A DNA stretch of 64,000 nt. Origin: an uncultured SAR86 cluster bacterium. Lineage in GTDB: Bacteria; Pseudomonadota; Gammaproteobacteria; Magnimaribacterales; D2472. The notes under the pieces are model-generated. The model saw nothing but the letters and a program-made list of their open reading frames with translations. It was not told where the DNA came from and searched no databases. Both the position numbers and the translations under genes were made by a program. Location of the stretch: contig CACKRJ010000002.1 in assembly GCA_902602595.1 (NCBI GenBank), positions 34,278 to 98,277 on the forward strand, read 5' to 3'. This document shows positions 11,025-20,965 of the stretch, piece after piece. The first letter of the stretch is position 1, and each line of letters begins with the position of its first letter.

Positions 11025-11627
11025 ATGACAAGCAAGATTATCACAATTACTAATACTGCCGAAGATTATCTATCTAAGTTAATAGATGAGAAAAATGAGC
11101 CTGGTACGGCTGTAAGAGTTTTTATCTCTGATCCCGGCACCCCGAATGCTGAAACCTGCTTAGCTTATTGCAAGCCTGATGAGATTGTTCCCTCCGATAC
11201 TTTAATCTCACTGCCAAAACTTTCGGTGTATGTGGAAGAGCGCAGTATTCCTTTTCTTGTTGATGCGGAGGTTAACTATGATGTAGATAATTTTGGTGGC
11301 CAGCTAACAATCAAAGCCCCAAATGCAAGACTACCAAATATTTCGCCTGATAGTCCATTAGAAGACAGGGTGAATTATGTGATTTACAACGAAATAAATC
11401 CTATGCTTGAGTCCCACGGAGGTGTTGTGAGCTTAATGGAAATAACAGATGATATGTATGCCGTTCTTCAATTTGGAGGGGGTTGTCAGGGTTGCGGAAT
11501 GGTTGATGTAACTTTGAAAGATGGTATAGAAAAAACTCTTTTAGAAACCTTGCCAGAATTGGTCGGTGTTAAAGACATGACAGATCATAGTCTGGATGAA
11601 AATGCATTTTATAAGGACGAGTCATAA
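11025..11627 (+). CDS. nfuA: Fe-S cluster carrier NfuA
   Basis: PGTPNAETCLAYC degenerate A-type domain; INPMLESHGG and GGGCQGC. Confidence 0.95.
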   Translation: MTSKIITITNTAEDYLSKLIDEKNEPGTAVRVFISDPGTPNAETCLAYCKPDEIVPSDTLISLPKLSVYVEERSIPFLVDAEVNYDVDNFGGQLTIKAPNARLPNISPDSPLEDRVNYVIYNEINPMLESHGGVVSLMEITDDMYAVLQFGGGCQGCGMVDVTLKDGIEKTLLETLPELVGVKDMTDHSLDENAFYKDES

Positions 11628-12481
11628 ACTGAAATGATGACCCCAATCTTTGGGTGATCAAAATAATGAGATTCGTTTTTAAAAATTCTTCTTTCTTCAT
11701 CTAATAAATATTTTACTTTACCGACTTCCATAGCATTAGGTGGATCAGGTTTGTCTTGAGTTATTTCCTGATCAGACTTGTAGATTTCATTAGAATTAAT
11801 TATCTCGGCACCTATCTCGATCTCATAATTTTTTACATTATCAGGAATGGAGCTTTTTAAAGCCTCAAACTTTATTTCTTTTATCAAATCTGGGTTGCTG
11901 TCTGTTCTAAGATTACCTTCAAGATAAGCAATCACATCAAGGTGCAAGTATCTGCTTTTATAAAGCCTAATTAAGAATCCATTATCATCAAATATCTCAT
12001 GCACAAAAGGGGAGTCGTTTTTTTCAAGGGCAGGCTGCAGCCACGATAACTTATGAAGGATTTTATATTCCTTTCTGCGATCAAGCCTGCGATAAATATT
12101 ATTCAGCTGGTTAAGATTTTGTTGTCTTTCATACCATTTACTTTCATTTATTTTTTTTCCTGATGCAGGGCGATCACTGGTTTGTATTTCTTTATTCTTG
12201 TTTTTATCAATAATTAGCTGATCAATCATTAGGTCAGTGTCGTCGAAGTCAAAAGACTGAAGAATTATTTTCTCATTAAGAACAATGTCAGGCTTCACCA
12301 GCAAAGCGATGGTGTTAAGATCTATTAGATTTAAATCTACTGGTTCAAGCTTTTCATTGTCAATTATTTCTAGCTGCTCAAAGACAATTACCTCAATCCT
12401 ATATTCTTCTTGGCTCTCGCTTTGAGCAATAGAACTGAAGCTAAAAATAAATAATGTTATCAACAATCTAAACAAGCTCAT
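11609..12481 (-). CDS. CsiV-like peptidoglycan-binding protein
   Basis: Signal peptide, YRIEVIVF, SRYLHL, HYFDHPKIG; downstream of mfd as in other gammaproteobacteria. Confidence 0.75.
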   Translation of the reverse strand: MSLFRLLITLFIFSFSSIAQSESQEEYRIEVIVFEQLEIIDNEKLEPVDLNLIDLNTIALLVKPDIVLNEKIILQSFDFDDTDLMIDQLIIDKNKNKEIQTSDRPASGKKINESKWYERQQNLNQLNNIYRRLDRRKEYKILHKLSWLQPALEKNDSPFVHEIFDDNGFLIRLYKSRYLHLDVIAYLEGNLRTDSNPDLIKEIKFEALKSSIPDNVKNYEIEIGAEIINSNEIYKSDQEITQDKPDPPNAMEVGKVKYLLDEERRIFKNESHYFDHPKIGVIISVYDSSL

Positions 12482-15400
12482 TTAGCAACCTTGCAACGGC
12501 AATTCTTTTATTATTATTTTCAGATACATCAAGAGTTATTTTATTTTCATTATCAAGTTTTATCTTAGCTGATCCAGTTTGAATCAATCCAATTAATTTT
12601 TTATAAACTTGATCATTCAAATTATCATTAAAAGTAATCATTGCATTTTCTAAATTTGAATAGATTTTTTTAACACCTACTTTATTAGCAAGTATCCGAA
12701 TTTTCGAACTTTCAATTAGATTCAATAAATCATCATTTGGTTTACCGCATCGATCTTTTAGATCTTCTAGAATCTTATTAATTTCTTCATTACTTTTGGA
12801 ATCATTTAAAGATCGGTAAATTTTTAACCTTTCATTTGCAACGGGTAGGTATGAATCTGGAATTAAGGCTCGATCATTAAAATTAATTTCAGTGTCTAAT
12901 ATTTTTTCTTCTTTATGCCCTTTGAGATCATTAACCGCACTTTTTAACATTGAAAGATACATACTCAGACCAATGGCTTCTATATGACCACTTTGTTTGA
13001 CGCCTAAGAAATCTCCCGCGCCTCTGATTTCTAAATCTTCTTGAGCTATAAAATAGCCAGATCCAAGATCAGAATATTTAACCAATGAATCAAGCTTTGC
13101 TTTAGGCGCCTTTTTTAGGTCAGGAGTTGGAATCAATAGATAACAATAAGCTTGCCGCATAGATCTTCCAACCCTTCCTCTTAATTGATGTAATTGGGAG
13201 AGACCAAAATTATGAGCATCAATAACAATGATTGTATTTGCATTGGGGATATCTAATCCCATTTCAACTATCGTTGTGCATATAAGAATATCTATTGAAT
13301 TTGAATTGAAGCCATTCATTGTGTTCGTGATGTCTTTTTTGGCTAACTTGCCATGCGCAATATCAATATTTGCTTCAGGAACTAAATTTATAATTTGATT
13401 TTTTAAACCCTCCATTTTAGATATATCATTTTGAACTATAAAAACTTGCCCACCACGGGCTAACTCTCTGTCAATTGCATTTTTAATGATTTGTTGATTC
13501 TGTGTGTTTAAAAAAGTTCTTATGCTAAGTCTTTCCAGAGGAGGAGTGTATAAATAGGAGAAATCTTTTAATCCTGAATATACAAGATTTAAGGTTCTCG
13601 GTATTGGAGTAGCAGACATGTACAAAATATGTGTTGTTGACTGCCTCGATTTAATTATTTCTTTTTGTTTGATTCCAAAACGATGCTCTTCATCAATTAC
13701 CAATAAACCAAGATTATCAAGAGAAATATCATTATTCAGCAATGCATGAGTACCGATTAAGATATCAATTTTTCCGTATTTAAAATTATCATATATTTTG
13801 ATCTTATTTTTTGATGAAGTATGTCTAGTTAAGAGTTCGATATTTACTGGAAAGTTAATGAATCTTTTTGTAAAACTTTCTAAATGTTGTTTCGCTAAGA
13901 CAGTACTAGGCGCAAGAACCATTACTTGTTTCTTTGCATGAACTGCCACAAATGCTCCACGCATTGCTACTTCAGTTTTACCAAAGCCAACATCACCACA
14001 TATAACCCTATTCATCGGTTTAATAAGTGCCATATCTTTTAGAATATCTTTGATGCAATTAACTTGATCGGTTGTTAGGACATAAGGGAAATCTTTATCA
14101 AATTCTTTATAGACACTCTCCTCACAGACCAATTGGTAAGAAGACGCTATTGATCGCCTTGATTCAATATCAAGTAACTCTGCAGCATGATCTAGGGCTT
14201 TAATTTTCGCTTTTTCTTTTTTGACTTTCCATTTTGCAGAGGACAAAGAATCAAGACGCACTCCATGCGATTGTGATACTTGAAATTTAGAAACTAAATA
14301 GGCTTGTCTAATTGGAACATATAAAATCTCGTTTTCTAAATATTCGATTTGAATATATTCCTCTTCACTGGAATTAGTTTTTAAAAGTTCTAAACCTTTA
14401 TAAATTCCCACACCATAGTCAACATGGATAACAAACTCATCATCATGGAAGGGATTTTCAAACTTTTTAATAAGCGAATCTTGATTAGTAGTGCTAGGTT
14501 TTGCGTTTAACGTTTCTGAACCTGTCACTCTGTCTAAATTTAAATGAACAAATTTTCCGTTTTCACTAACAAATGATCGAACGGGAAGATGAATACAGCT
14601 AAATACTCCATTGTCATGACTGAATGGAAGTGATGTGGCAGTTGTTTTGTATTGTTTATTTATTTGATCTAATTTGGTTTGCTCGGATGAGGTTATTAAA
14701 AGGGTTTCTATCTCTCGATCAGATTGTTTTTCTATGAGCATTTTTAATTGATTTTCTCTATCTTCGGACTGATCGATGATTGGATTTTGATCTAAAAGCT
14801 TTATTTCTTCAGCTGATTTTAGATATGCATCGAGATCTGCAATTGTAAAATTATAGTCATTTGGTTTTAATATGGGTCTCGAGGAATCAATCGATTCTTC
14901 TGCGTATCTTTCTTCAACAAAAGCTTGATGAGATCTTAATACTTGATCTATTTGGTTAGATTTATGCAGACTAAATCCAGAAAAGTAATCAATTAAATTA
15001 GAGTCACCATTTTGAATAAGAGGGTTGTAAATCTCATACCCTTCAGGATATTGCCCCGAAGCTAAGCTTTGAAATATTTCACAATGTCTTTCATCATGGT
15101 TTTGAAAATAATTCCTCCACGCATTTTTAAAATTACCTATTGATTCTTCATCTAAGCAGATCTCTGAGCCACTAAATAATTTAAACTCAGATAACTTGTT
15201 TGTCATATTTTGAGTTTTTGGATCAAATTCTCTTATTTCATCAATTTGATCTCCAAAAAAATCCACTCTAATGGGCCAAAGCTGAAACCCTGAATAAAAA
15301 TCAACCACGCCTCCTCGAATAGTATATTGATTAATTGCATTAACTTTATCTGTGCGTTCATAATTTAATGCTTCTAAGCTAGATGTTAAATCTTTGATGG

Positions 15401-15752
15401 TCAGCGAATCATTAATTTTGTAATTCTTTCTGGCAATAAAAAAATTCTTTGATGGCAATTTTTCAAATAGATTGATACAGCTAGTAATTATTATTTTGAT
15501 ATTTTGTTTGTCAGAATTTAACAATTTAATTCTTTCTTGAATGATTGAATCTGCAGTCGAAAATCTATCATATGGCAGTATTTCTCTTTCAGGATAATAT
15601 CCAATCTCAGAATCACTCAGAAACAAATTGAGTTCATTTTTTATCAATCTTGCATCTTTATCTGAGTCGCAAAGGTGCAGAATCTTTTTATTCTGCATTT
15701 TTACATATTGTGCTAGCTCAAATGCTATAGGTTCATGCTGTTTTTCTAACAT
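12468..15752 (-). CDS. mfd: Transcription-repair coupling factor
   Basis: CGDVGFGKTEVA, DEEHRFG, SATPIPRTL, QLRGRVGR, DLEIRGAG. Confidence 0.97.
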   Translation of the reverse strand: MLEKQHEPIAFELAQYVKMQNKKILHLCDSDKDARLIKNELNLFLSDSEIGYYPEREILPYDRFSTADSIIQERIKLLNSDKQNIKIIITSCINLFEKLPSKNFFIARKNYKINDSLTIKDLTSSLEALNYERTDKVNAINQYTIRGGVVDFYSGFQLWPIRVDFFGDQIDEIREFDPKTQNMTNKLSEFKLFSGSEICLDEESIGNFKNAWRNYFQNHDERHCEIFQSLASGQYPEGYEIYNPLIQNGDSNLIDYFSGFSLHKSNQIDQVLRSHQAFVEERYAEESIDSSRPILKPNDYNFTIADLDAYLKSAEEIKLLDQNPIIDQSEDRENQLKMLIEKQSDREIETLLITSSEQTKLDQINKQYKTTATSLPFSHDNGVFSCIHLPVRSFVSENGKFVHLNLDRVTGSETLNAKPSTTNQDSLIKKFENPFHDDEFVIHVDYGVGIYKGLELLKTNSSEEEYIQIEYLENEILYVPIRQAYLVSKFQVSQSHGVRLDSLSSAKWKVKKEKAKIKALDHAAELLDIESRRSIASSYQLVCEESVYKEFDKDFPYVLTTDQVNCIKDILKDMALIKPMNRVICGDVGFGKTEVAMRGAFVAVHAKKQVMVLAPSTVLAKQHLESFTKRFINFPVNIELLTRHTSSKNKIKIYDNFKYGKIDILIGTHALLNNDISLDNLGLLVIDEEHRFGIKQKEIIKSRQSTTHILYMSATPIPRTLNLVYSGLKDFSYLYTPPLERLSIRTFLNTQNQQIIKNAIDRELARGGQVFIVQNDISKMEGLKNQIINLVPEANIDIAHGKLAKKDITNTMNGFNSNSIDILICTTIVEMGLDIPNANTIIVIDAHNFGLSQLHQLRGRVGRSMRQAYCYLLIPTPDLKKAPKAKLDSLVKYSDLGSGYFIAQEDLEIRGAGDFLGVKQSGHIEAIGLSMYLSMLKSAVNDLKGHKEEKILDTEINFNDRALIPDSYLPVANERLKIYRSLNDSKSNEEINKILEDLKDRCGKPNDDLLNLIESSKIRILANKVGVKKIYSNLENAMITFNDNLNDQVYKKLIGLIQTGSAKIKLDNENKITLDVSENNNKRIAVARLLNELV

Positions 15753-15806
15753 ATCGTGCAGTATAATTTGCGCCTAAATAATAATCTTAAAAACAGGAAC
15801 ACTAAC

Positions 15807-16979
15807 ATGGATATAAGTTTTTCAGAACAAGATCTTCAATTTCAAGAAGAGATTAGAGCTGGCTTAAATGGATCAGAGTTTCCTTCAAACGTAAGGGAAA
15901 AACAAGAAAAGGGTACAGCTCTAACTAAAGCAGACATGATTGATTTTCATAAATTTATTCATAGCAAGGGTTGGATGGGCTATAACTGGCCTGTTGAATA
16001 TGGTGGAACTGGCTGGTCTCCAGTGCAAATCTATCTATTTTTAAATGAACTTGCATTAGCTCAATGCCCAACAATATTGCCTTTTGGATTAAGCATGGTC
16101 GGTCCAGTTATATACACATTTGGCAACCAACAACAGAAAGATAGATTTTTGCCAGATATTCTTGAGTTTAATACCTGGTGGTGTCAAGGATACTCAGAAC
16201 CAGGCTCTGGCTCTGATCTAGCATCACTAAAAACCAAGGCAGTTTTAGAGGGCGATCATTATATTGTGAACGGATCTAAAACTTGGACAACGCTTGCTCA
16301 AAATGCAGATTGGATTTTTTGTTTAGTTAGGACTGAAACAACTCAGATAAAGCAAGAAGGCATTTCTTTTCTTTTGATTGATATGAATTCACCAGGAATT
16401 GAGGTTAAACCAATTATTACAATTGATGGTGATCATGAAGTTAACTCTGTTTTCTTTACAGATGTTAAGGTTCCAGCAGATCAATTAATAGGTGAAGAGG
16501 GTAAAGGTTGGACTTATGCTAAATTTCTTTTAGCTCATGAAAGGTTTGGAATTGCAGGTGTGCCCGTAGTAAAGGTCCAGATTGAAAAACTAAAAAATAT
16601 TACTTCTGAATCTAATGATGCAGATTTATCTAGAAAAATTGCTGAATTAGAAATTGATCTTGAGGCTTTAGAATTTACTGAATTAAGAACCCTCGCAGCA
16701 ATGGCTGAGGGAGGTCACCCTGGTGCTGAGTCTTCTATCTTAAAAATTCGCGGGACTGAAATTCAACAAAGATTAACAGAACTTTTTGTTGAAGCAGCAG
16801 GTCAATATATCCTGCCGTATGAGGGTCCTGATGGATTTGAATCAAATAGAATACCAGCTGGCCCAAACTATGCCAGCCCATCCGTTGCTCAATATCTAAA
16901 TTATAGAAAAACTTCTATCTATGGTGGGAGTAATGAGATTCAAAAAAATATTATTGCTAAGGCTATTTTAGGAGTTTAA
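15807..16979 (+). CDS. Acyl-CoA dehydrogenase, PimC-like large subunit
   Basis: WCQGYSEPGSGSDLASL and IYGGSNEIQKNII; ATG 15807 preceded by AGGA. Confidence 0.9.
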   Translation: MDISFSEQDLQFQEEIRAGLNGSEFPSNVREKQEKGTALTKADMIDFHKFIHSKGWMGYNWPVEYGGTGWSPVQIYLFLNELALAQCPTILPFGLSMVGPVIYTFGNQQQKDRFLPDILEFNTWWCQGYSEPGSGSDLASLKTKAVLEGDHYIVNGSKTWTTLAQNADWIFCLVRTETTQIKQEGISFLLIDMNSPGIEVKPIITIDGDHEVNSVFFTDVKVPADQLIGEEGKGWTYAKFLLAHERFGIAGVPVVKVQIEKLKNITSESNDADLSRKIAELEIDLEALEFTELRTLAAMAEGGHPGAESSILKIRGTEIQQRLTELFVEAAGQYILPYEGPDGFESNRIPAGPNYASPSVAQYLNYRKTSIYGGSNEIQKNIIAKAILGV

Positions 16980-16981
16980 AC

Positions 16982-18091
16982 GTGAATTTAAATTATTCTG
17001 ATGAGCAGAACATGCTGCGCGAGCAAGTTCTTAAGTTCTGCGAAACCAACTATGACTTTATAGATAGAGAAAAAATATTAGATTCTGATTCTGGTTATAG
17101 TGAAGAAAACTGGAAACAATTTTCTGAACTTGGTTGGTTAGCGGTTCCATTTAAAGAGGATAATGGGGGTTTTAATTTTGGGCCTATTGAGCTTACCGTA
17201 TTGTTTGAAGAATTTGGTAAAGCTCTCGTGGTAGAACCTTATTTAAGTTCCGTAGTAATGAGTGGTACTGTTCTAGAGGGATCCAATTATCCTAAAAAAA
17301 CATCTATTATTGAAAAGATTATTTCAGGTGAACATCAAGTATCAGTAGCATATGCGGAAGCTAATATTGGCTATAATTTTTTAAAGTGTGTAACAACAGT
17401 ATCTAAGGATGGAGATAATTTGAGCCTCAATGGTTCTAAGTCACTTGTTTTGAATGGAGGCAATGCTGATCAGTTTATAGTGCTTGCAAACCATGAAAAT
17501 GCACCTGCTCTGGTTCTAATTGACGCAGATGTCAAGGGCTTATCAGTTCAAAGCTTTAAAACATTAGATGGACAGACATGTGGTGAATTAACTTTTGAAA
17601 ATGTTTCACTGAATGCTGAATCAATCTTGGCTTTGGGAGATGAAGCTGAGACATTATTTAATAGAATGATAGATCTATCAATTTTGTGTATCAGTGCAGA
17701 AGCTGTAGGTGCAATGACATCCTCCTATATGAAGACAGTTCAGTACACAAAAGAAAGAGAGCAGTTTGCGCAACCTATTAGTAATTTCCAAGTTTTACAA
17801 CATCGCATGGTAGATATGTTTATTGAAACTGAGCTTACTAAATCTTTGTTGATTAAGGCTACCCTCCAACTTGACTCAGATGATCCTGAGGCAGCAAATA
17901 CTATATCAGCATTAAAGGTTCAAGTTGGCAAGGCTGGAAGATTGGTAGGTCAACACGCAGTTCAATTGCATGGTGGAATGGGAGTGAGCAATGAAATGTC
18001 TATCGGTCATTACTTAAAGAGATTCACAGCCATTGATTCAATGTTTGGTAATACTCAATATCATATTAATAAGTATCAAAAAGATAAATAA
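16982..18091 (+). CDS. Acyl-CoA dehydrogenase, PimD-like small subunit
   Basis: REQFAQPISNFQVLQHRM and VQLHGGMG; directly follows the large subunit. Confidence 0.88.
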   Translation: MNLNYSDEQNMLREQVLKFCETNYDFIDREKILDSDSGYSEENWKQFSELGWLAVPFKEDNGGFNFGPIELTVLFEEFGKALVVEPYLSSVVMSGTVLEGSNYPKKTSIIEKIISGEHQVSVAYAEANIGYNFLKCVTTVSKDGDNLSLNGSKSLVLNGGNADQFIVLANHENAPALVLIDADVKGLSVQSFKTLDGQTCGELTFENVSLNAESILALGDEAETLFNRMIDLSILCISAEAVGAMTSSYMKTVQYTKEREQFAQPISNFQVLQHRMVDMFIETELTKSLLIKATLQLDSDDPEAANTISALKVQVGKAGRLVGQHAVQLHGGMGVSNEMSIGHYLKRFTAIDSMFGNTQYHINKYQKDK

Positions 18092-19587
18092 TGACCGATC
18101 TTACAAAAAATCCTGATTTACGTTCTCGAGAAAAAATCGATGACTATTTTGGTGATTGGAAGTGGAGAGAAGGTTTAGCGGAGCTAATGGTTCCTATTGT
18201 AGGCAGACTATATCGTCATGGTGTACATATTATGATTTACGGACAATCTTTAGTGAATAAATCTCCTATAGATATAATGCATGCGCATCGGTTTGTAAGG
18301 CAAATAGAGGAAAATGAATTAAGTGAATTAGAAACATATCCTCTATTAGAAAGACTAAGTAAAATGGATTTACCTGACTGTGAAGTCGATATAGGTGAGC
18401 TTTCAATGAGGTGTCCTTTTGTTGAGGATCTTCCAAATAATCCTGACTCAATAGATAGTTTTTTGCAGGAGCAAATTAGTGTTGATGGAATTGTGTCCAA
18501 AAGACCCGATCAACCAAAAGATATTGTTCTTTATGGGTTTGGTAGGATTGGTCGGCTAATGGCAAGAATGCTTGCGCAAACCACAGGCCCTGGAAATTAT
18601 TTTCGATTAAAAGGCGTGGTCGTAAGAAAATCGGGTGAAAATGACTTAATTAAACGCGCAAGTTTGTTAAGAAGAGATTCAGTGCATGGAAGGTTTGATG
18701 GAACGATCAGGGTAGATGTAGAGAACGAACTTTTAGTTATTAACGGCAATCCTGTGAAGTTTATTTATGCAAATTCACCTTCGGATGTTAATTATTTAGA
18801 TCTAAAAATTAATTCTCCAATTGTTATTGATAATACTGGAATATGGCGTGATGAAGAGTCACTATCACAACATTTAACCTGCGGTGCATCAAAAGTTATA
18901 TTAACTGCACCAGCTAAAGGAGATATAAGAAATATAGTCTTTGGAGTCAATGATTCAGCTTTGCAACAATCAGATCAAATTATTTCAGCTGCATCATGCA
19001 CAACTAATGCCATAGTTCCAGTTCTTAAATTGATAAGTGATAATTATGGTATTTCAAATGGCCATATTGAAACTGTCCATTCTTATACAAATGATCAAAA
19101 TTTAATTGATAATTACCACAAGGGTGATCGAAGAGGTCGAAGTGCGCCATTGAACATGGTCATCACTACGACAGGTGCGGTGAAAGCTGTATCCAAAGCA
19201 ATTCCAGAGCTTAAAGATAAGTTAACTGGAAATGCAATCAGAGTTCCAACTCCTAACGTAAGCTTAGCTGTGTTGGTTTTAAACATAGAAAATGCAGTTG
19301 AAAGAGATGAATTGAATGATTTTTTAAAAAAATCTGCTTTTGCTAGTAAATACAGAGAAATCATTGGGTACACTAATTCACCAGAAGCTGTATCAACTGA
19401 CTTTTATTCAAGTCCATATGCAACAATAATTGACTCTCAAGCCACTATTGCAGATGGGAAACAAATTACTTTATATTGTTGGTATGACAACGAATATGGC
19501 TACACCAAGCAAGTCCTTAATCTTACAAGAAAAGTTGCCTCAATAGATCTACAAAGATTTCCTAAAGCAATTGAAGATTCAGTATAG
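18091..19587 (+). CDS. gap: Glyceraldehyde-3-phosphate dehydrogenase, long form with N-terminal extension
   Basis: LYGFGRIGR, ASCTTN, WYDNEYGY. Confidence 0.95.
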   Translation: MTDLTKNPDLRSREKIDDYFGDWKWREGLAELMVPIVGRLYRHGVHIMIYGQSLVNKSPIDIMHAHRFVRQIEENELSELETYPLLERLSKMDLPDCEVDIGELSMRCPFVEDLPNNPDSIDSFLQEQISVDGIVSKRPDQPKDIVLYGFGRIGRLMARMLAQTTGPGNYFRLKGVVVRKSGENDLIKRASLLRRDSVHGRFDGTIRVDVENELLVINGNPVKFIYANSPSDVNYLDLKINSPIVIDNTGIWRDEESLSQHLTCGASKVILTAPAKGDIRNIVFGVNDSALQQSDQIISAASCTTNAIVPVLKLISDNYGISNGHIETVHSYTNDQNLIDNYHKGDRRGRSAPLNMVITTTGAVKAVSKAIPELKDKLTGNAIRVPTPNVSLAVLVLNIENAVERDELNDFLKKSAFASKYREIIGYTNSPEAVSTDFYSSPYATIIDSQATIADGKQITLYCWYDNEYGYTKQVLNLTRKVASIDLQRFPKAIEDSV

Positions 19588-19639
19588 AAACAGCTGATAT
19601 TTCCATTTATAATTCACCCATCTTTTACTGAAGGGTACT

Positions 19640-20965
19640 GTGATAAAAACCAACAAAGGCTTAGATTTACCAATCTCTGGAAGTCCATCTATGGATTTAG
19701 ACTCGTCGACTGCGATAAATTCAGTTGCAATTCTAGGTGCAGATTATGTTGGTCTTAAGCCTACAATGATGGTTGATGAAGGTAATAGGGTTCAATCTGG
19801 ACAAAAATTATTTGAAAATAAGAAAAATCCAGGAACATTTGTTACATCTCATGTATCGGGAGTTGTAACTTCAATCAATAGAGGTGAAAAAAGAAGATTT
19901 ATTTCTCTAGTCATCGAAGAAGATTCTTCAATAGATCCAATTAAATTTAATTTTGAGAATTACAATGATCACATTGATTTCTTAGTAGATACTGGTTCTC
20001 TTTCATATTTTAGAACGCGCCCATATAACAGAATGCCTGTTCCAAGCGTTTTACCATCTGCTATATTTATAAATGCTTGTGATACAAATCCATTATCGGT
20101 TGATCCCTATTTATTAATGGAATTGGATGAAGATCAAGACCTTTTTAATGTTGGTTTAAATTTCATAGCCTCTATTGATCCCAGTATTAGAGTTTTTTGT
20201 TCTTATCAAAATAAAAATTTTGATCAATCTGTTACTGGTGTTACTTACACTCAGTTCGAAGGCCCACATCCAGCTGGACTAGTTGGGTCACATATACATT
20301 TTTTACATCCAGTTGGTCAAAATCGATCTGTCTGGAATATTTCTTGGCAAGAGGTAATTTCTCTTGGATATCTTCTTGAAAATAAAATCCTACGTTCTGA
20401 AAAATTAATTTCTTTTGGTGGACCCAATGTTCATGATCCAAAAATTTTAAAATTAAAATATGGTTCAAACTTATCAGAAGCTACAGCTGGTAAAGTTTTG
20501 GATAATTCTCGAATTATTTCAGGATCTGTGCTTAATGGCCATACAGCAGAAAATATAATGAATTATTTAAGTGCATTTGATAATCAAGTATCTGTTTTAC
20601 CGGATGAATCAAATGATATTTTATTTAATTGGGCTATGCCTGGTTTAAAATTGCATTCGATGTTACCAGCTTTTATATCAAGTTGGATTAAACCAAATGA
20701 GTATAAATTTAATGTATCTATGAATGGAGGAAATAGAGCTATCGTTCCCATATCTTCATATCAAGAAATAATGCCTTTAAATATTCTAACTACTCAAATG
20801 CTTAAGAGTTTAGTTACATTTGACATCGAACTTGGTGAAAAACTTGGTGTTTTAGAACTTGCTCCTGAAGATTTAGCTTTGGCGAGTTATGTATGCCCAA
20901 GTAAATACGACTATCAGTCAATATTGAGTTCTAATTTGGATAAAATGTATGAGGAATTTCAATGA
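19640..20965 (+). CDS. nqrA: Na+-translocating NADH:quinone reductase subunit A
   Basis: KGLDLPISG, GPHPAG, EDLALASYVCPSKY. Confidence 0.95.
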   Translation: MIKTNKGLDLPISGSPSMDLDSSTAINSVAILGADYVGLKPTMMVDEGNRVQSGQKLFENKKNPGTFVTSHVSGVVTSINRGEKRRFISLVIEEDSSIDPIKFNFENYNDHIDFLVDTGSLSYFRTRPYNRMPVPSVLPSAIFINACDTNPLSVDPYLLMELDEDQDLFNVGLNFIASIDPSIRVFCSYQNKNFDQSVTGVTYTQFEGPHPAGLVGSHIHFLHPVGQNRSVWNISWQEVISLGYLLENKILRSEKLISFGGPNVHDPKILKLKYGSNLSEATAGKVLDNSRIISGSVLNGHTAENIMNYLSAFDNQVSVLPDESNDILFNWAMPGLKLHSMLPAFISSWIKPNEYKFNVSMNGGNRAIVPISSYQEIMPLNILTTQMLKSLVTFDIELGEKLGVLELAPEDLALASYVCPSKYDYQSILSSNLDKMYEEFQ

